Assembly (NCBI GenBank): GCA_000934665.2
Contig: JYFJ02002069.1
Coordinates: 1 to 63,495, forward strand
Direction of reading: 5' to 3'
DNA: 63,495 nt
From: Catajapyx aquilonaris
Lineage: Eukaryota
Shown here: positions 13,101 through 25,100 of the stretch, piece after piece
Numbering within the stretch: the first letter of the stretch is position 1
How the letters are laid out: the number at the start of each line of letters is the position of its first letter
Program-made: the position numbers and the translations under genes
The notes under the pieces: generated by a model
The model's database searches: none
What the model was told of the DNA's origin: nothing
Seen by the model: the letters and a program-made list of their open reading frames with translations, nothing else

Positions 13101-16100
13101 GGTTGGATAATGCCTGTGTACAGTTGTGCACAGTACTGTAACAGTACTGTATCGCACATCATGACAGGTGCACCTCGGACCACTCATACCATGGCAATGG
13201 AGGAAGACGTTCTGGACATGGTAGCCATGGACCCATCGATCAGCATCTGTGAAGTCAGTCGTAGAGTGCACAGCATTCATTCCAATGTGTGAAGGATGAT
13301 CCATGACAGCATCTGAGCGAATGGGCGCCAGTTCCAGCATTTGCTGTAGTCACGGTATGCATACTGACAGTACACATACCAACTTCATGGGTGCTGATCG
13401 ATGGGTCCATGGCTACCATGTCCAAAAGGTCTTCCTCCATTGCCATGGTACGTGCAGTACAAGGACGGTGCACCTGTCATGATGTGCTGTTACAGTACCG
13501 TACACTACTGTACACAGGCATTATCCAGCCAGTGCAGTGCTGTACTACAGTACAGGTGTACAACACACTGTACTACTGTACGTACCTGACGTATCTCGCC
13601 TGCCTCGCAATGTACCAGGTGGTACCGACATCACGCAGCAGTCTGTTCACTGCAAGAAACATTTTTCGCGATTTTTCGATGAAGATGACATCTACATGGT
13701 ATGTGTGCTGTCATTCCTGCCTGTACAGAGACATCGGTGCTTGACATCCTCGGCCATTTCTCGGTGCATCGTTGCATGGGCAGGTCACAAAGAGGGGTTG
13801 CTGAGGTCCAGGCCGGCCCCATGCTTTGCGTGGGAAGGCAGGAGAGCATGAGAGCGCCTTGTTCAGTGCAACCGGCACGGCTAGAGAGATGCTGTACGCA
13901 CCATACACATCTTTCCGTGCCTCTCAATTCGAACGGAAAGGACATGATGTCACGCCGTAATCAAAGATCGATTACTCCATTATTTCTAATTGTTTTATAA
14001 AACTGACCGGGGTTATCGCCATCTCCAATTTTTCGCCACCCCCTCGCATGAGCTTGACCCATAACTCTGATACACCCTGTATATGGTCGAAACTTGTCCA
14101 CTGTGGAAAAACTTTATCGTGAGATAGGACTTCCCAGATATTTTTGTCCAATGTATTGGTCTAAAGTTGAAATGGACAACACTTTTTTAAAAGTCCCTCT
14201 GTCAGAAAAATTTTGTGCATACAAAAATCTACAATGTAGTAAAGCTCATCCACTTTACAACTTCAGCTAACAGGGATCAGGGCCAAAAAATGGGTTGAGT
14301 GACATGGAAGCATGAAAACTCTTCCTCACAGAAAAAGTTGGCTGCAGGCTAGTCAAATTCACGATCAAAAAGCATATGGCTATGGGGCACAGAGTTGGTG
14401 ACATGTTCATTCACCATTAAGGCCTTTTTTTAAATTTAATGCTGTCCAATACTGTGCCAGTGTTTATATATTCTGGTGAGAAGGGCGTGTGGAAGGGAGG
14501 CAGCCAGGATTTGGGGTATGGGGGATGGGGCTGGGGGTATGGTGAAAGTAAAAAATGGAAGTCACCAAGTACGTACTACGTAGACATTATGTTTCATGAC
14601 TTCCGAGTTACATTTTTTCAAGAACAGGTATGACTTACTTTTCTCTCAGCTCTTCAGGACTTCCCTTGTCAGGAAAGAGAGATGATATAGCCTGAAATAT
14701 GTGCAGATTTGGAAAGACCTTCTCTTTCTCCTTGTCCTTCTTCTTCTCATTCTTGTCAGGCTCTGCCTCATCCTTATCCTCATACTGGAGGCAGGCATTA
14801 ACCAAATCTACAAAGATTTCATCGTCAATAAATCCCCCTTCCCTGTCTCCATGTACTTTTCCATCGTAATTTTTGATCAGTTCCTCAATGAAGGTGCCAT
14901 CCTGGTCCAGAATTTCATCTCCCATGTATGGTATGTTATGCAGTACAGTCTCATCTTCCACCATGAAGTTTTGCTGTATGGGGGCCCAGGTATACATGGT
15001 GGGGATGGGAGTAACTGAATTGATTATCTTGATGGGTACTGTCTGCACATCTCCATCTGATGTCGTAGACTCGGCCTTCTTCATGCAGTGCAGGTGGGCA
15101 GGGCTCTCTTGAGAATATACCCATACAGCTCGGCAGTCTTGCCAATCACGCTGACCATCCACCAAGATATCTGTTTGAAAGTCATGACAAGGGAAATTAC
15201 TGACAATTCTGCTAGTGTATGAAGTATATTCAAAATATTCAGAAGATGCATGGGCTGAGTTACCACAAGAATCAGTCACACGCAATGAAAAAAGAGTAGC
15301 AGTGACTTGCTGTGATTCATTCTTGCAGTAACTTCCCCAAATTTCAGCTGCTATCTTGGGAGTAGAAATCATTCTGCAGTAAGGTGAGCTGTTGCAATAG
15401 CACTTCTAGTAATAATGGGGCTAGCCTACATTTTGAAAACCCATGTAAAAAATCGTCATTAATTTTAATTTAGTTTTGGTATTTTTTGTTTGAATAAATA
15501 AGTATTAGTTTTTTAGCTATGATCGATCTAAGAACATAATAGTTATGCGGTATCGCATTGCCCTCTGACGTCACTGTCGCCCAACAGATCGGTGCAGAGG
15601 CAGGAACGCACCTGGGGTACTTTGTCTCTTTCTTTATTTGCTTTGTTGGCGCGCCTAGCAAAGGAATCGAATGACTGGTAACACTGTCAACTATCATCAG
15701 ACAGGAATCCGAATGAGTCTTTTAAGCCACGCCCCCTTTTTGCCTGCCAATTCGAGAGTGACTTTTGAACCCACTATAACTTATCGAGGAATGACATTTT
15801 GCAGATTTTGGTGCTGAAAAGTGGTGGAATGCTTGTTTACATGTATGGTTGAACTATTTGTGTATACATATTTCCCAAATCCCAGACCAAGGCTGGACCA
15901 AATTTAATATGCAGTATATGCAAAAATATGAGGGCAGGTCTAGTGGTATAGTGATCTCCACAGCCTTCCACCTCTGACAGTGAGATCATACAATCAATCC
16001 TTGGGTCTGACAAAATTATCATGTGTAAGGAGTGTTAATTGGCTTTCTCCATGTTTGTGTGGATATTTATAGGTGTCTCCCATTTTCTACCAGTCAAAAT

Positions 16101-18062
16101 CGATCAGTAGTACCATCATGGCTTTCATATTTCCCACCTCCTTCATTAATACTGTGGTCCTAGCACTCGTCTGAACGGTTCGCGTGGCAGGGGTAAGAAG
16201 ACGCCCTTTGTTATGCTCTCCCGGCAACCGGTTGTTTGCGACGCGTAGCCAACATGTTTGGAGCACACGACGCCCTGCCAATCCCACCGCGTCGCTAGGT
16301 GCGGATAAACGATAGACTTTCCCTAATTTTAACACATGGCTGATAAACCTGATCAAAATAATTAGCTGTTGGCCATCGCTTGTTTGCCCACATGGAGTGC
16401 ATGCAAGAAGTTGTTCTGAAATGCTACAAGTAACCTCATCTCAAGTTATTTAAAATAGGCTGAATAAGACTTGCAAGTAGTGTTTCTTCCTTGTTGTACA
16501 ACCCTATATACAAGGGTCAGTCATTCCATTCTCAGCCTGACACAGAAGGAGTTGACAGATAAAGACATGCTATCAGTAAATTATAGAGGCACTCTCTAGA
16601 CCAGCATTCGCCAAGTTTCATTGCAATGCTTCATTCCACTGGGAGTATTGGACCCTTAGGATGGGCTATTCTTACGATGGAGAACACCCACACCTCACGA
16701 TTCGCACTGCCACTGTCACTGACAAAACGAGTCCCACCCATGATCTTTCATCTTTGGGAACGGGGTAGTCCATGGTAGTCAGAGGAAGCCAAATCACGGG
16801 GATGGGGAGCATTTCAAAGTGTATTTCCAAGCCACAATTGTCAGGGATGAGTGAGGTGAGGATATTCTCCATCGTAAGAAGAGCCCACACCTTCACCATC
16901 TTGAGTGTCCAATACTCTCAGCGGAATGACGCAATTGTAATGAAACTTTGCAGATGCTGGTCTAGAGAGTTCCACTACAATTTAGTGACAGCATGTCTTT
17001 ATACGTCAAATCCTCCCACGGTTGTTAGAGTATATCCTTCCTATGGTTGGACCGTCCGGCTAGTGGGCGGTGATTGGTGGAGGGGGAAAACGTCACGGGG
17101 AGGATAAATTCAAACTGGGACATGGCTTTCCATGCAATGTCATGCACTTTACGTAATTATTTTCACACACTTCTAAGTGAGCTAAAAATTTGAGAATTGG
17201 CAGACCTGTAACCCAGACATCCAAGACTACGTCAAATGTCCCGAATCACACATTTTCGCCCGTGGGCCGGCCCCAGGGCGAAAATGTGTGATTCGGGACA
17301 TTTGACGTAGTCTTGGATGTCTGGGTTACAGGTCTGCCAATTCTCAAATTTTTAGCTCACTTAGGAGTGTGTGAAAATAATTACGTAAAGTGCATGACAT
17401 TGCATGGAAAGCCCTATCCCAGTTTGAATTTATCCTCCCCGTGACGTCACGCCAAAAGCCACGGTCACGTGACAAGAGCAAATCTGTCGGGACGGCTCCC
17501 CCCTGAAATCCTCCTGTCAGGTGAAGAATACATTGACTGACCTCGTACAATGTGGGTCTCTTGGGAGAAATTACCATGAGGCACAATTTCCAACACCATG
17601 TGTCTCCACCTAAAGGCAATCTATTGCACTGTTAAATAACAAGCAATCTTGTAGCACATTAAAGCAGCAAAACCTTGATTTAACTTAAATTGAACTTGCT
17701 TTAGTTTCAGTTTTTTTCAAATACTCTAAAAGAATACAATAATTATAATTAAATTGCTCCATTCTGACTGCACTACGGTCTTAGGCCATAATTATCACGT
17801 GGAAAAAAATTCTTCATCTTGAACGTTATTCCTGTCATATTGGTCACTCCTGCAGCATATGGATTTAACTATTGGCCAGTTGGTAGTTGATTTGGAGCAG
17901 CCTTGTCACTTCTAGAGCCTTACCCATAACATGCTTCCGGTTCACATTCCAGGCACTTCGAATCTCATCTGCTCGCTTGTACCGCTTCTGCTGTCTCAGA
18001 CGAACATACTCTGACTTGACCCGCTTCTTCCATTCAGCTGACACTTTCCCTTTGTTTGACAT
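4177..18062 (-). CDS. E(z): Histone-lysine N-methyltransferase E(z) (PRC2 catalytic subunit, H3K27), 799 aa, 11 coding exons
   Basis: Exons 18062-17924, 15170-14639, 12354-12191, 8084-7984, 7902-7725, 7049-6607, 5879-5618, 5015-4845, 4757-4575, 4463-4298, 4237-4177. All introns are GT-AG; total 2400 nt in frame. Motifs: [61 protein letters not shown] ([15 protein letters not shown]), SET ([11 protein letters not shown]...ELFFDYRY). Confidence 0.97.
7397..7506. repeat. Two adjacent perfect palindromes (24-bp and 29-bp arms, 1-nt centres)
   Basis: 7397-7445 ATTATTTATTATTCTAACTAACAA-T-TTGTTAGTTAGAATAATAAATAAT; 7448-7506 TTCAAGTCCTAGTGAAACATAGCCATATT-A-AATATGGCTATGTTTCACTAGGACTTGAA. Confidence 0.95.
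9319..11138. mobile_element. Non-autonomous piggyBac-type element, 1820 bp, with ~655-bp inverted arms and a transposase N-terminal remnant
   Basis: TTAA (9315-9318) CCCCTTCGGCCCCAGATC ... GATCTGGGGCCGAAGGGG TTAA (11139-11142). Arms are 9319-~9975 and ~10477-11138. ORF 10168-9812(-) has an acidic N-terminus followed by W...P..FF..LF...II, as in PGBD-type transposases. Confidence 0.9.
12561..14079. mobile_element. Foldback Tc1/mariner-derived element, 1519 bp; two ~700-bp inverted arms, each with a decayed transposase N-terminus
   Basis: TA|CAGGGTGTATCAGAG ... CTCTGATACACCCTG|TA. Both arms read inward as [20 protein letters not shown] ... GAPRT...[16 protein letters not shown], resembling the bipartite HTH of insect Tc1-like transposases. 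Confidence 0.88.
16511..17545 (-). mobile_element. Internally deleted mariner element interrupted by a nested insertion
   Basis: TA|CAAGGGTCAGTCA ... TGACTGACCTCG|TA. Inverted subterminal blocks lie at ~16550-16690 and 16860-17016. A frameshifted FEMLP / DLASSDYH / FPKMK on the minus strand (~16745-16820) matches the mariner YSPDLAPSDYHLF motif. Confidence 0.75.
17017..17505. mobile_element. Unclassified 489-bp insertion with a 9-bp TSD and an internal 358-bp near-perfect hairpin (17090-17447)
   Basis: Direct repeat AAATCCTCC at 17008-17016 and 17506-17514. Termini are CACGG...CCCTG. Hairpin arms are ~172 bp with only a few mismatches around GTGGGCCGGCCCCA. Confidence 0.75.
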
Positions 18063-18226
18063 AATTGGAACTGTGGCTGAAATAGAATATGCATAGTAAA
18101 TTATTCTATATCGTATGTAGATTTTTCACACACATTGCAAAATTGAGCATCATATTGAGATTGAACTGACATTCATGATTTCGTGTCAATTACTAGACGA
18201 GACAAAATTTCCAGATTGCATGTGTA

Positions 18227-18369
18227 ATGTACGGAAAACGAGAGAACGAACTGATGTCATCGTTTCTTCCATGTTGCTTTTTGTTGACACTGTTTACTCA
18301 TATTGTTCTGAGAGGGTATTTCCATGGAAACCTTGATGACGTCAGATTGTTCTCTCATTTTCCGTACAT
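18227..18369. repeat. Imperfect inverted repeat (~35-bp arms), probable transposon remnant
   Basis: ATGTACGGAAAACGAGAGAACGAACTGATGTCATC pairs with GATGACGTCAGATTGTTCTCTCATTTTCCGTACAT. Confidence 0.6.
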
Positions 18370-18793
18370 AAGTAATAGTAATAAAAATATTCTGTCACTG
18401 GAGATGGCTTAACTTAACCTTGAGTGTATTGCTGATGTTAACAACGAAGTGATATGAGATTAACCTTGTATTGACTGCATATACACTCTAAATTGGTAGT
18501 AGGCCATCCCAAACCCATGTAAGTACTTAAAGCATGTGAGCAATAGGGATGTTGAACAAAAAGATTGCTGTAGTTGTAGACACCACCCTGACCATCTGTC
18601 AGACAGAACCATGGTGGTTGGAACCAGTAATGTTCCTCCTATACTATAAGACCAAACAGGCAGGCAGGCAGGCAGGCAGGCAGGTGGTGCCTGTGGCAAT
18701 GCCACCGCCAGACAACCACGGCAGGGAGTCCCTGCAGCAACAAAATGAGCGAAGAGGGGTCCTTGCCCTGCTTCAGTGGGTCCACTGGCTCAC

Positions 18794-19288
18794 CTGCAGT
18801 GGCTCGGCGCCACAGCAGAAAAAAGCAGAATGCCGGCAGGTCAGGCGAGGGCGGTCAGTGGGCTGGGAGGACCAGGGGAGGGTCCGGCGTCGTCCGTCGA
18901 GACAGGCAGGTGCACAGACAGAGAGGTTTGGCGGCGGGGGAGAACAACAAATTCACATCTTTCTTCCTTCCCCAGGCGCCATCTTGTGGCAGCCGCCAAG
19001 ACGCCTCCCTGCGGACATCCCAACCCTCTGTTCCCGAGCCTCTATCTAAATTAATATCATATTATCAGTTACAATATAAGGATGCTCCTAGCGTGCTCCT
19101 AGCAAGCATGGGACATTTTTGTTAAAATGTGTCATCTTGCATTGGAGCTGTTGGTGCTCCTGTTGGGTTTGGCAGCCTGGACCAATGGCCGCGACCACGT
19201 GAAGAAGTGAAGAGAACATCGCTTCCGCCTGCGGCCTGCCTCCACCAAAGGAACCAACCTGCACGACTGTTAGCCGCCTTGGGATAGG
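18794..19288. promoter_or_regulatory. Putative bidirectional promoter of E(z) and PAK1IP1, including a likely non-coding first exon of E(z)
   Basis: CpG/GC-rich island. Minus-strand donor CAG|GTGAG at 18794; an acceptor lies just upstream of the E(z) ATG (~18078). YY1-like GCGCCATCTTG at 18976-18986, ATTGG at 19141, CCAAT at 19182, E-box CACGTG at 19196-19201. Confidence 0.6.
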
Positions 19289-21389
19289 ATGGAGATTATC
19301 CTAGGGACATACGAGTCCTTCTTGGTCGGGTACAAGGTGACCAAGGAAGAAGAGAAAAAGGTATCCATGAACCCATGTCTATAGACGTGTGCGGTGTATA
19401 TCCCGTGCATGTTGCTTCATACTCCGCGTTGTATGTCCGAGTTCCCTTTGAAGCTTCAGGCGTACAGTGGAAAGTCATGCAGCAGTGCATGTTGCATGAC
19501 CTATACACATTCGCCAAAAAGCTAACCGGATATGCAATATTGAGGAGCAAAAATTAATCATAAAAGCAGGCATGTCCTATTTGAAGTTGTGAAGCAAAAG
19601 TAACAGGGGTTGTGGTTCTCCTGAATACACAACTTGGACCACAATGTATTGCTTTTACCACATTTTCTGAGAGGTGCATTATTCATGCATGCTTTTTGAT
19701 AAACAAATGGTTGCACAACACACCTTCACATGTGTGGGGTATTCTTTCAGGGCTACCAACTGACACAGAGCTTCACCAACAATGCACACTGTGACAGCAT
19801 CCGCTGTCTGGCAGTGTCTGGGCAATACCTGGCCTCAGGAGGGGCAGACGAGAACATCAAATTGTGTGACCTGACCCAAAGGGTTGAGCATGGAGCCCTT
19901 GTACATCACTCTGGTTAATATTGTTTACTTATTTTTGAGGGCCTGTTCAGGAGCCGCACAATAAAGCCTTCTTTCCATTATTCCTATTAATACTGTACAG
20001 CGTGTACACCGACCAATAACTGCAATAACATATGTTTCCTTAATTCCTTTCACTTTCAAGTGGCAAGGAATCTGGCATTGTGAAACATACAGAAAAGTTT
20101 ACTCAATTGGGATGGAGCAGGTGGGCCGGAAGGCATGGCTGCTGCATTGATTCCCAAGGGCCAGTTCAAATTAGAATGTTTCACATCCTCCCTTGCGTCA
20201 TTTGAAATGTTTTTTAAAAAAACCCACCCATTTGAATAGTACAATAAAACTACATAGTGCAAAGATGGAAATTATGTGGGCTGTTCGAAACAGATTTTTA
20301 TGTATAATTGTGTGACTTACAAAGAGTTATTTTCAGGCACTGTCACTTGCCTCGAGTTTCATCATGACACCCACCTCCTGAGTGGTAGCGAGGATGGCTC
20401 TATATGCATCTGGTCATTCCACAACAAGACCTGGCATCATGAGAAGACACTCACTGGCCACAAGAGTAGTGTTGGAGGGGTCACCTCTCTTGCAGTACAT
20501 CCTTCAGGCCGCCTGGCCCTATCGTGTGGTCGTGACTTCACCATCCGTACCTGGGATCTGGTCAAGGGCCGATGTGCACATGTGCTCAATCTGAAAGGAG
20601 TCGAGAGCAGTGCACCTGAATGGATCAGGTGGTCCCCAGATGGCAACACATATGCAGTGGCTCAAGGGGTTTTTGTGAAGGTGTACTGCACACAGACAGC
20701 TGGTGTCAAGTGCAGTATTGAGTTTGGAAGGAGGGTCAACTGCATTGAGTATATCAGCGTGAGTTTCTATCATGTTGACAAATGGCGCCCGCCAATCACT
20801 GTAAACTTATTAATTGTTGACATACAATAACGACAACCCTGAACAGAATTAATTCATCTTATCTAAACAATTAATATTTTACAGGACAACTTACTGGCCA
20901 TTGGAGGTGAAAGTCCAGCTATACAGATTCGCAACCTCCAAAGCAAGGAACACACATCTTTTACAGCTCATGAGACCCGCACCCGTGCCTTGAGGTGTAC
21001 ACCCTCACCCTCATCTGGCACCCCTTGGCTGCTCTCTGCCTCCACTGATGGGCTCCTCAAAGTTTGGGAAATTGTTGTAAGTCTCATTTGATTTAATCCT
21101 TATCTATTTCCCTTTGATATGCAATGAATTCTTTCTCTTTGACAAGGTCTCACGCACAGAAATAGCATGTAAGGAAGTCATGTCAACAGGCACTGCTTGT
21201 CGAATAACCTCCATGGCTGTGTGGTTACCAAGTGATGAAAAAGAGCTACCTAGGAAACCAAGTCAGAAGAGGGCATCTGCAGACAGTCTTCCAACTGTAA
21301 CCACAAAATCTCCTGGGGTGTCACCAACAAAGCGTAAGAAGCACACAAAAAAGCAATCACTGGAAAAATGTACAAGTGTGCAGAAATAA
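19289..21389 (+). CDS. PAK1IP1: p21-activated kinase-interacting protein 1 / Mak11-like WD40 ribosome-biogenesis factor, 363 aa
   Basis: Exons 19289-19360, 19751-19913, 20337-20758, 20885-21076, 21147-21389; 1092 nt in frame, GT-AG. N-terminus MEIILGTYESFLVGY; WD40 motifs LASGGADENI, EHGALVHHSGTVTCLEF, VHPSGRLALS, TWDLVKGR; basic C-terminal tail. Confidence 0.92.
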
Positions 21390-22193
21390 ATTCCACTGGA
21401 ATAAGTGACTTGATAACTGTACATTTTTATTATCATGTGTGCTAGGCATATGAAAGATTGAGTACCATGAAATTTGGGGACACTAGATTACAAAAATACA
21501 TTTCTGCCAAGTATAACATGTTTTGGTTTGTCATAGGGTATTTAAAAATAAACCATGCAGTTCTCGTTGCTGAGTTAATGGAGTGACTGAATGCTACCCT
21601 TGAGAGACAGTCCAGGCACCAATGTTTCCATATTAAAGCTTTGCACTTGCAACATGTAGGGTCCTGGGGTAATTGTTTGCCACCATGTTTGCACTTCCAT
21701 TTGTGTATGAAATGGCTTCATAGGTTACTTTATGCTGATAAATAACCTGGAAAGCCTCTTGAGGCAAAGCAAAGGTGCACTGGGTGACAATGACAATTCC
21801 CATGTCAAAATTGTTGGCATTAATGATTAAAATAAAACTGACTAATTCAAATGATAGTTCTTCAACACATGTGCTTCCCAATAATATTGGTCATGCACAC
21901 AGCAAGTGCTCTTAAAATACAGCCTATGGATGGTGTCACTCCGCTGCTTCAAACTAGGGCTACAATGTTACTATGTAATTGTCGGACTTGAGCACAATAA
22001 GAGGTTGGACAATTAAGAATGGTCCCTGTTGCCCTGAAGTGTTCCCATAGAGCCTGCTGCAGTCATGAGTCCAAACCAAGATGAGGTTGGGGTTGAGGCA
22101 CTACTAGCCAGCATGGAATGAGTTGGGGAAAGGAGGGATTGTGCAAATTGGAGCAGCAGCAAAAATGGCTCGATGGGAGTGGGTGATTAGCTG

Positions 22194-25100
22194 TCACTTC
22201 CACCTGGCTCCTTCTGTGAGCTCCTTCAGCGCTGAGGCTGCAATGGTCCCGTGATTCTGGCTGTAGCTGCCGAGCATCTGCTTTGGGGACCCCAGGCTGG
22301 AGGTGTTGGCATAGTTGCCGAACTGCTTGCGGCCTGGGTATGCACCTTTCCCCGACTGGGCCCGACCCAGAGAGAAACGGTCCTCGCTGTCCTAGGAAGA
22401 ATCAGTTGGGTTGAATGGTATAGGTAGGTGGGATGGCCTGCTTACTTAGGTATCACTTAGAAGTTAGTGCAATCATGTGGTCTCTAAGGGTGGATTGCGG
22501 CCACGGCTCAGTTAGATCGTGGTTTAAACTGGGGTTCTGCTTGCAAAGACGAGGTTTAGCCCAATGTTTAGCCTGGAGATGAGGTTTAAACTGTGGCTCA
22601 ATTAGATCGCAATTTAAACAGGGCACGTCTTTGCAATCCACCCAAAAAGAGACCGAATGACTTGAAGAGTAACCAAGAAGTTTCATGCCTCCTAATAGAA
22701 CAGCAAAGGAAAGTAGTGAAGTGGGACTGCTATGCAATGTAACACTTACACAACAAATCATCAAGAACAAACTTTTTTGTTGTTAAACCATTTTCAAAGC
22801 TCTGAAGTTTGTCTTGTACGTGATGCATATGAAAAATTGGCTAATATTCAGTCATGTGATTATTACTCCTGCATCCTGCCCCATATTAGATGTGTTATGA
22901 ATAATTTTTTGCCATTTCACATAGCCAATTAAAACTGAAAATTATAATCTCAAGCGATGGGCACTATGTGCCATTGCAGTTAGATGTAATAGGTGATGTT
23001 TCTAGTGAAACGTTCGATGTCAGTACATTTAAAAGATCATTTATGTATCTGTATGTCACAACTCAAAAAACCCACTCCATATGAGTTGCACAGGGGTTAG
23101 GCAACACTGCAATGGAAAAACAGTTAAATCCTGATAACTTGATAAAAAAATAAAATCTTGGACTTGGCGGATTCTCCATAATTATATATAATTATACAGT
23201 GATGCAAATTGAATTCCGATAACTCGAATTTGTATAACACGATTTTCTCGATAAGTCGAATATATTTTGTGAACTCCGCAGCACTTTCGCTATTAATAAG
23301 TTGAACTTGGTCAACACCGGGGAATTTCAAAGTTGGGCAAACATGTGGTATGATTGGGTATGATTCATTCGTGGAGAGTTCCATCCCAGCTGGTTAATAT
23401 TCTCGATAAGCCGCGAAGGAATGCACAAAGCCCTCTGAAAGCCACGTGTTTTAAGCTCCCTTTCCTGTAGGTAGTGACTCAGGCATTCCTTTGCGGTGGT
23501 GACATGCCTTTTACCTCAGAGCAGTCAGAGGCCCTAGTCTACAGTCGTCTAGCGGTCACTTGCAATCGTGTCCCAGTAGCGAGACGCATACTGTAGGGGT
23601 TTTTTTGTGTGGGTGCTGTTTTCCCCACCATATTTGATAAGTCAAATTATTTTCTGTCCCATGGTGGTTCGAGCTATCGAGATTTCACTGTATTATTAAC
23701 ATTGCATGATTCACTCTTTCAAGACCTTGGAGTGGATCCAGGGATCTCATTTTGTCAAAGCTAATACTACAGTAGACCGTGTAGAAAATGCAGTAGTTGT
23801 GAAAAGACTAGAAACCCTAGTTCCAATACTGTACTTGCAAAAATGAGCCAAAGCATCCCTACTGCATCAAATAATATGATAATTAAGGCAGCTCCTCCAA
23901 ATGAAAACAAGTTTGAATGTGAAATCAGTTTGTGAAAGACATAGAGCATGTCATGTCTACTCTGACAAATAATTTTCCACATGCCTTTCCATTGTGAAAA
24001 CTTATTTAACCACGGAAAATCAGCAGGCACTTGTGTAGTATCCAGAAGTTGAAAAATTACAATGGTCCCAGCATTTACGCATGCTAACCAAGGGAAGATG
24101 CTAATTCCAGCTGGCATGGCTGGGTTTGAATACAGTAATTTGTCAGGCAAATCAATCACATGTGTAATCTTTCATGAAATAATGACGCAGAAAAACCTGT
24201 ACTGTTCCTGACCTGTCTGTCATTCCTCAGTCTAGTTGGAGGAGGCATAGGTGGCCTGCATTGAGCTGCTGCAGCCATACGCGAGCGAGAAACGTTGTTG
24301 TGGGCAATGTGGTTGTAAGAAGTGCCAGGAGCTGGTGGCTTGCTGACAGTCACTGCCTTCACTGGTTTCTCCCTCACTTTTGCTTTACTTGGTACTGCTC
24401 TGTTGCCTACAGAGATGGGGTGCATCTGCTGTGCTGGTGTACCAATAGCTGTGAGAAATTTATTCACATCATTACAAATATATTTGTTTATTGTGAGGCT
24501 GTTTGACAAACTGTTGATGTCCCACTTGATTATGGATAATTTTTAACATTAACATATTAACAGTTTACTGCACCCCAGTTCAATGTCCCATCACCAGTTG
24601 GTGTTGTCTTACACCCTAAGAGCTTTATTTATTTTTCATTAGAATGGTGCCTGAAATTTGTTACAAAATGGTTCCACCATGTCATCATGAAAGCAAGCTG
24701 CTTATGGGGGAAAATAGGCAGCCCTCCCTCAAGTTCTTCTGACCCTGGCATAACTGAACATAAACAAAGGGGGTTACCCAGTGACAGAGGCCATCAGGCT
24801 CGGGTTGGTTTTTCCTGCCACAAAAATTTTACTCGTCTCAAATGGGAAGGTTCCTGCCTAATTGTTTGAAGTGTTGTACTTCATCTGCCAACCAATGCAG
24901 ATTTTTCAAGGTCTGCATTTCCAGTAAAAAGACACAAGTGCACATTCACTTAATTCACTACATTAGTGGCAATACATCACATCATGAGTATATACACTCA
25001 CCATAATTGGACCGGGGTTTAACCTCAGGCCCTTTCGTTTTGGCCCCTTCATTAGTTCCTCCACTAACATGATTAGGGGCAGCAGCTGGAAGCCTGAGAG

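Noticed and set aside
15470..15783. CpG-rich segment ending ACTTTTGAACCCACTATAA in an E(z) intron
   Set aside because: Likely a transposon fragment, but the partner terminus was not found.
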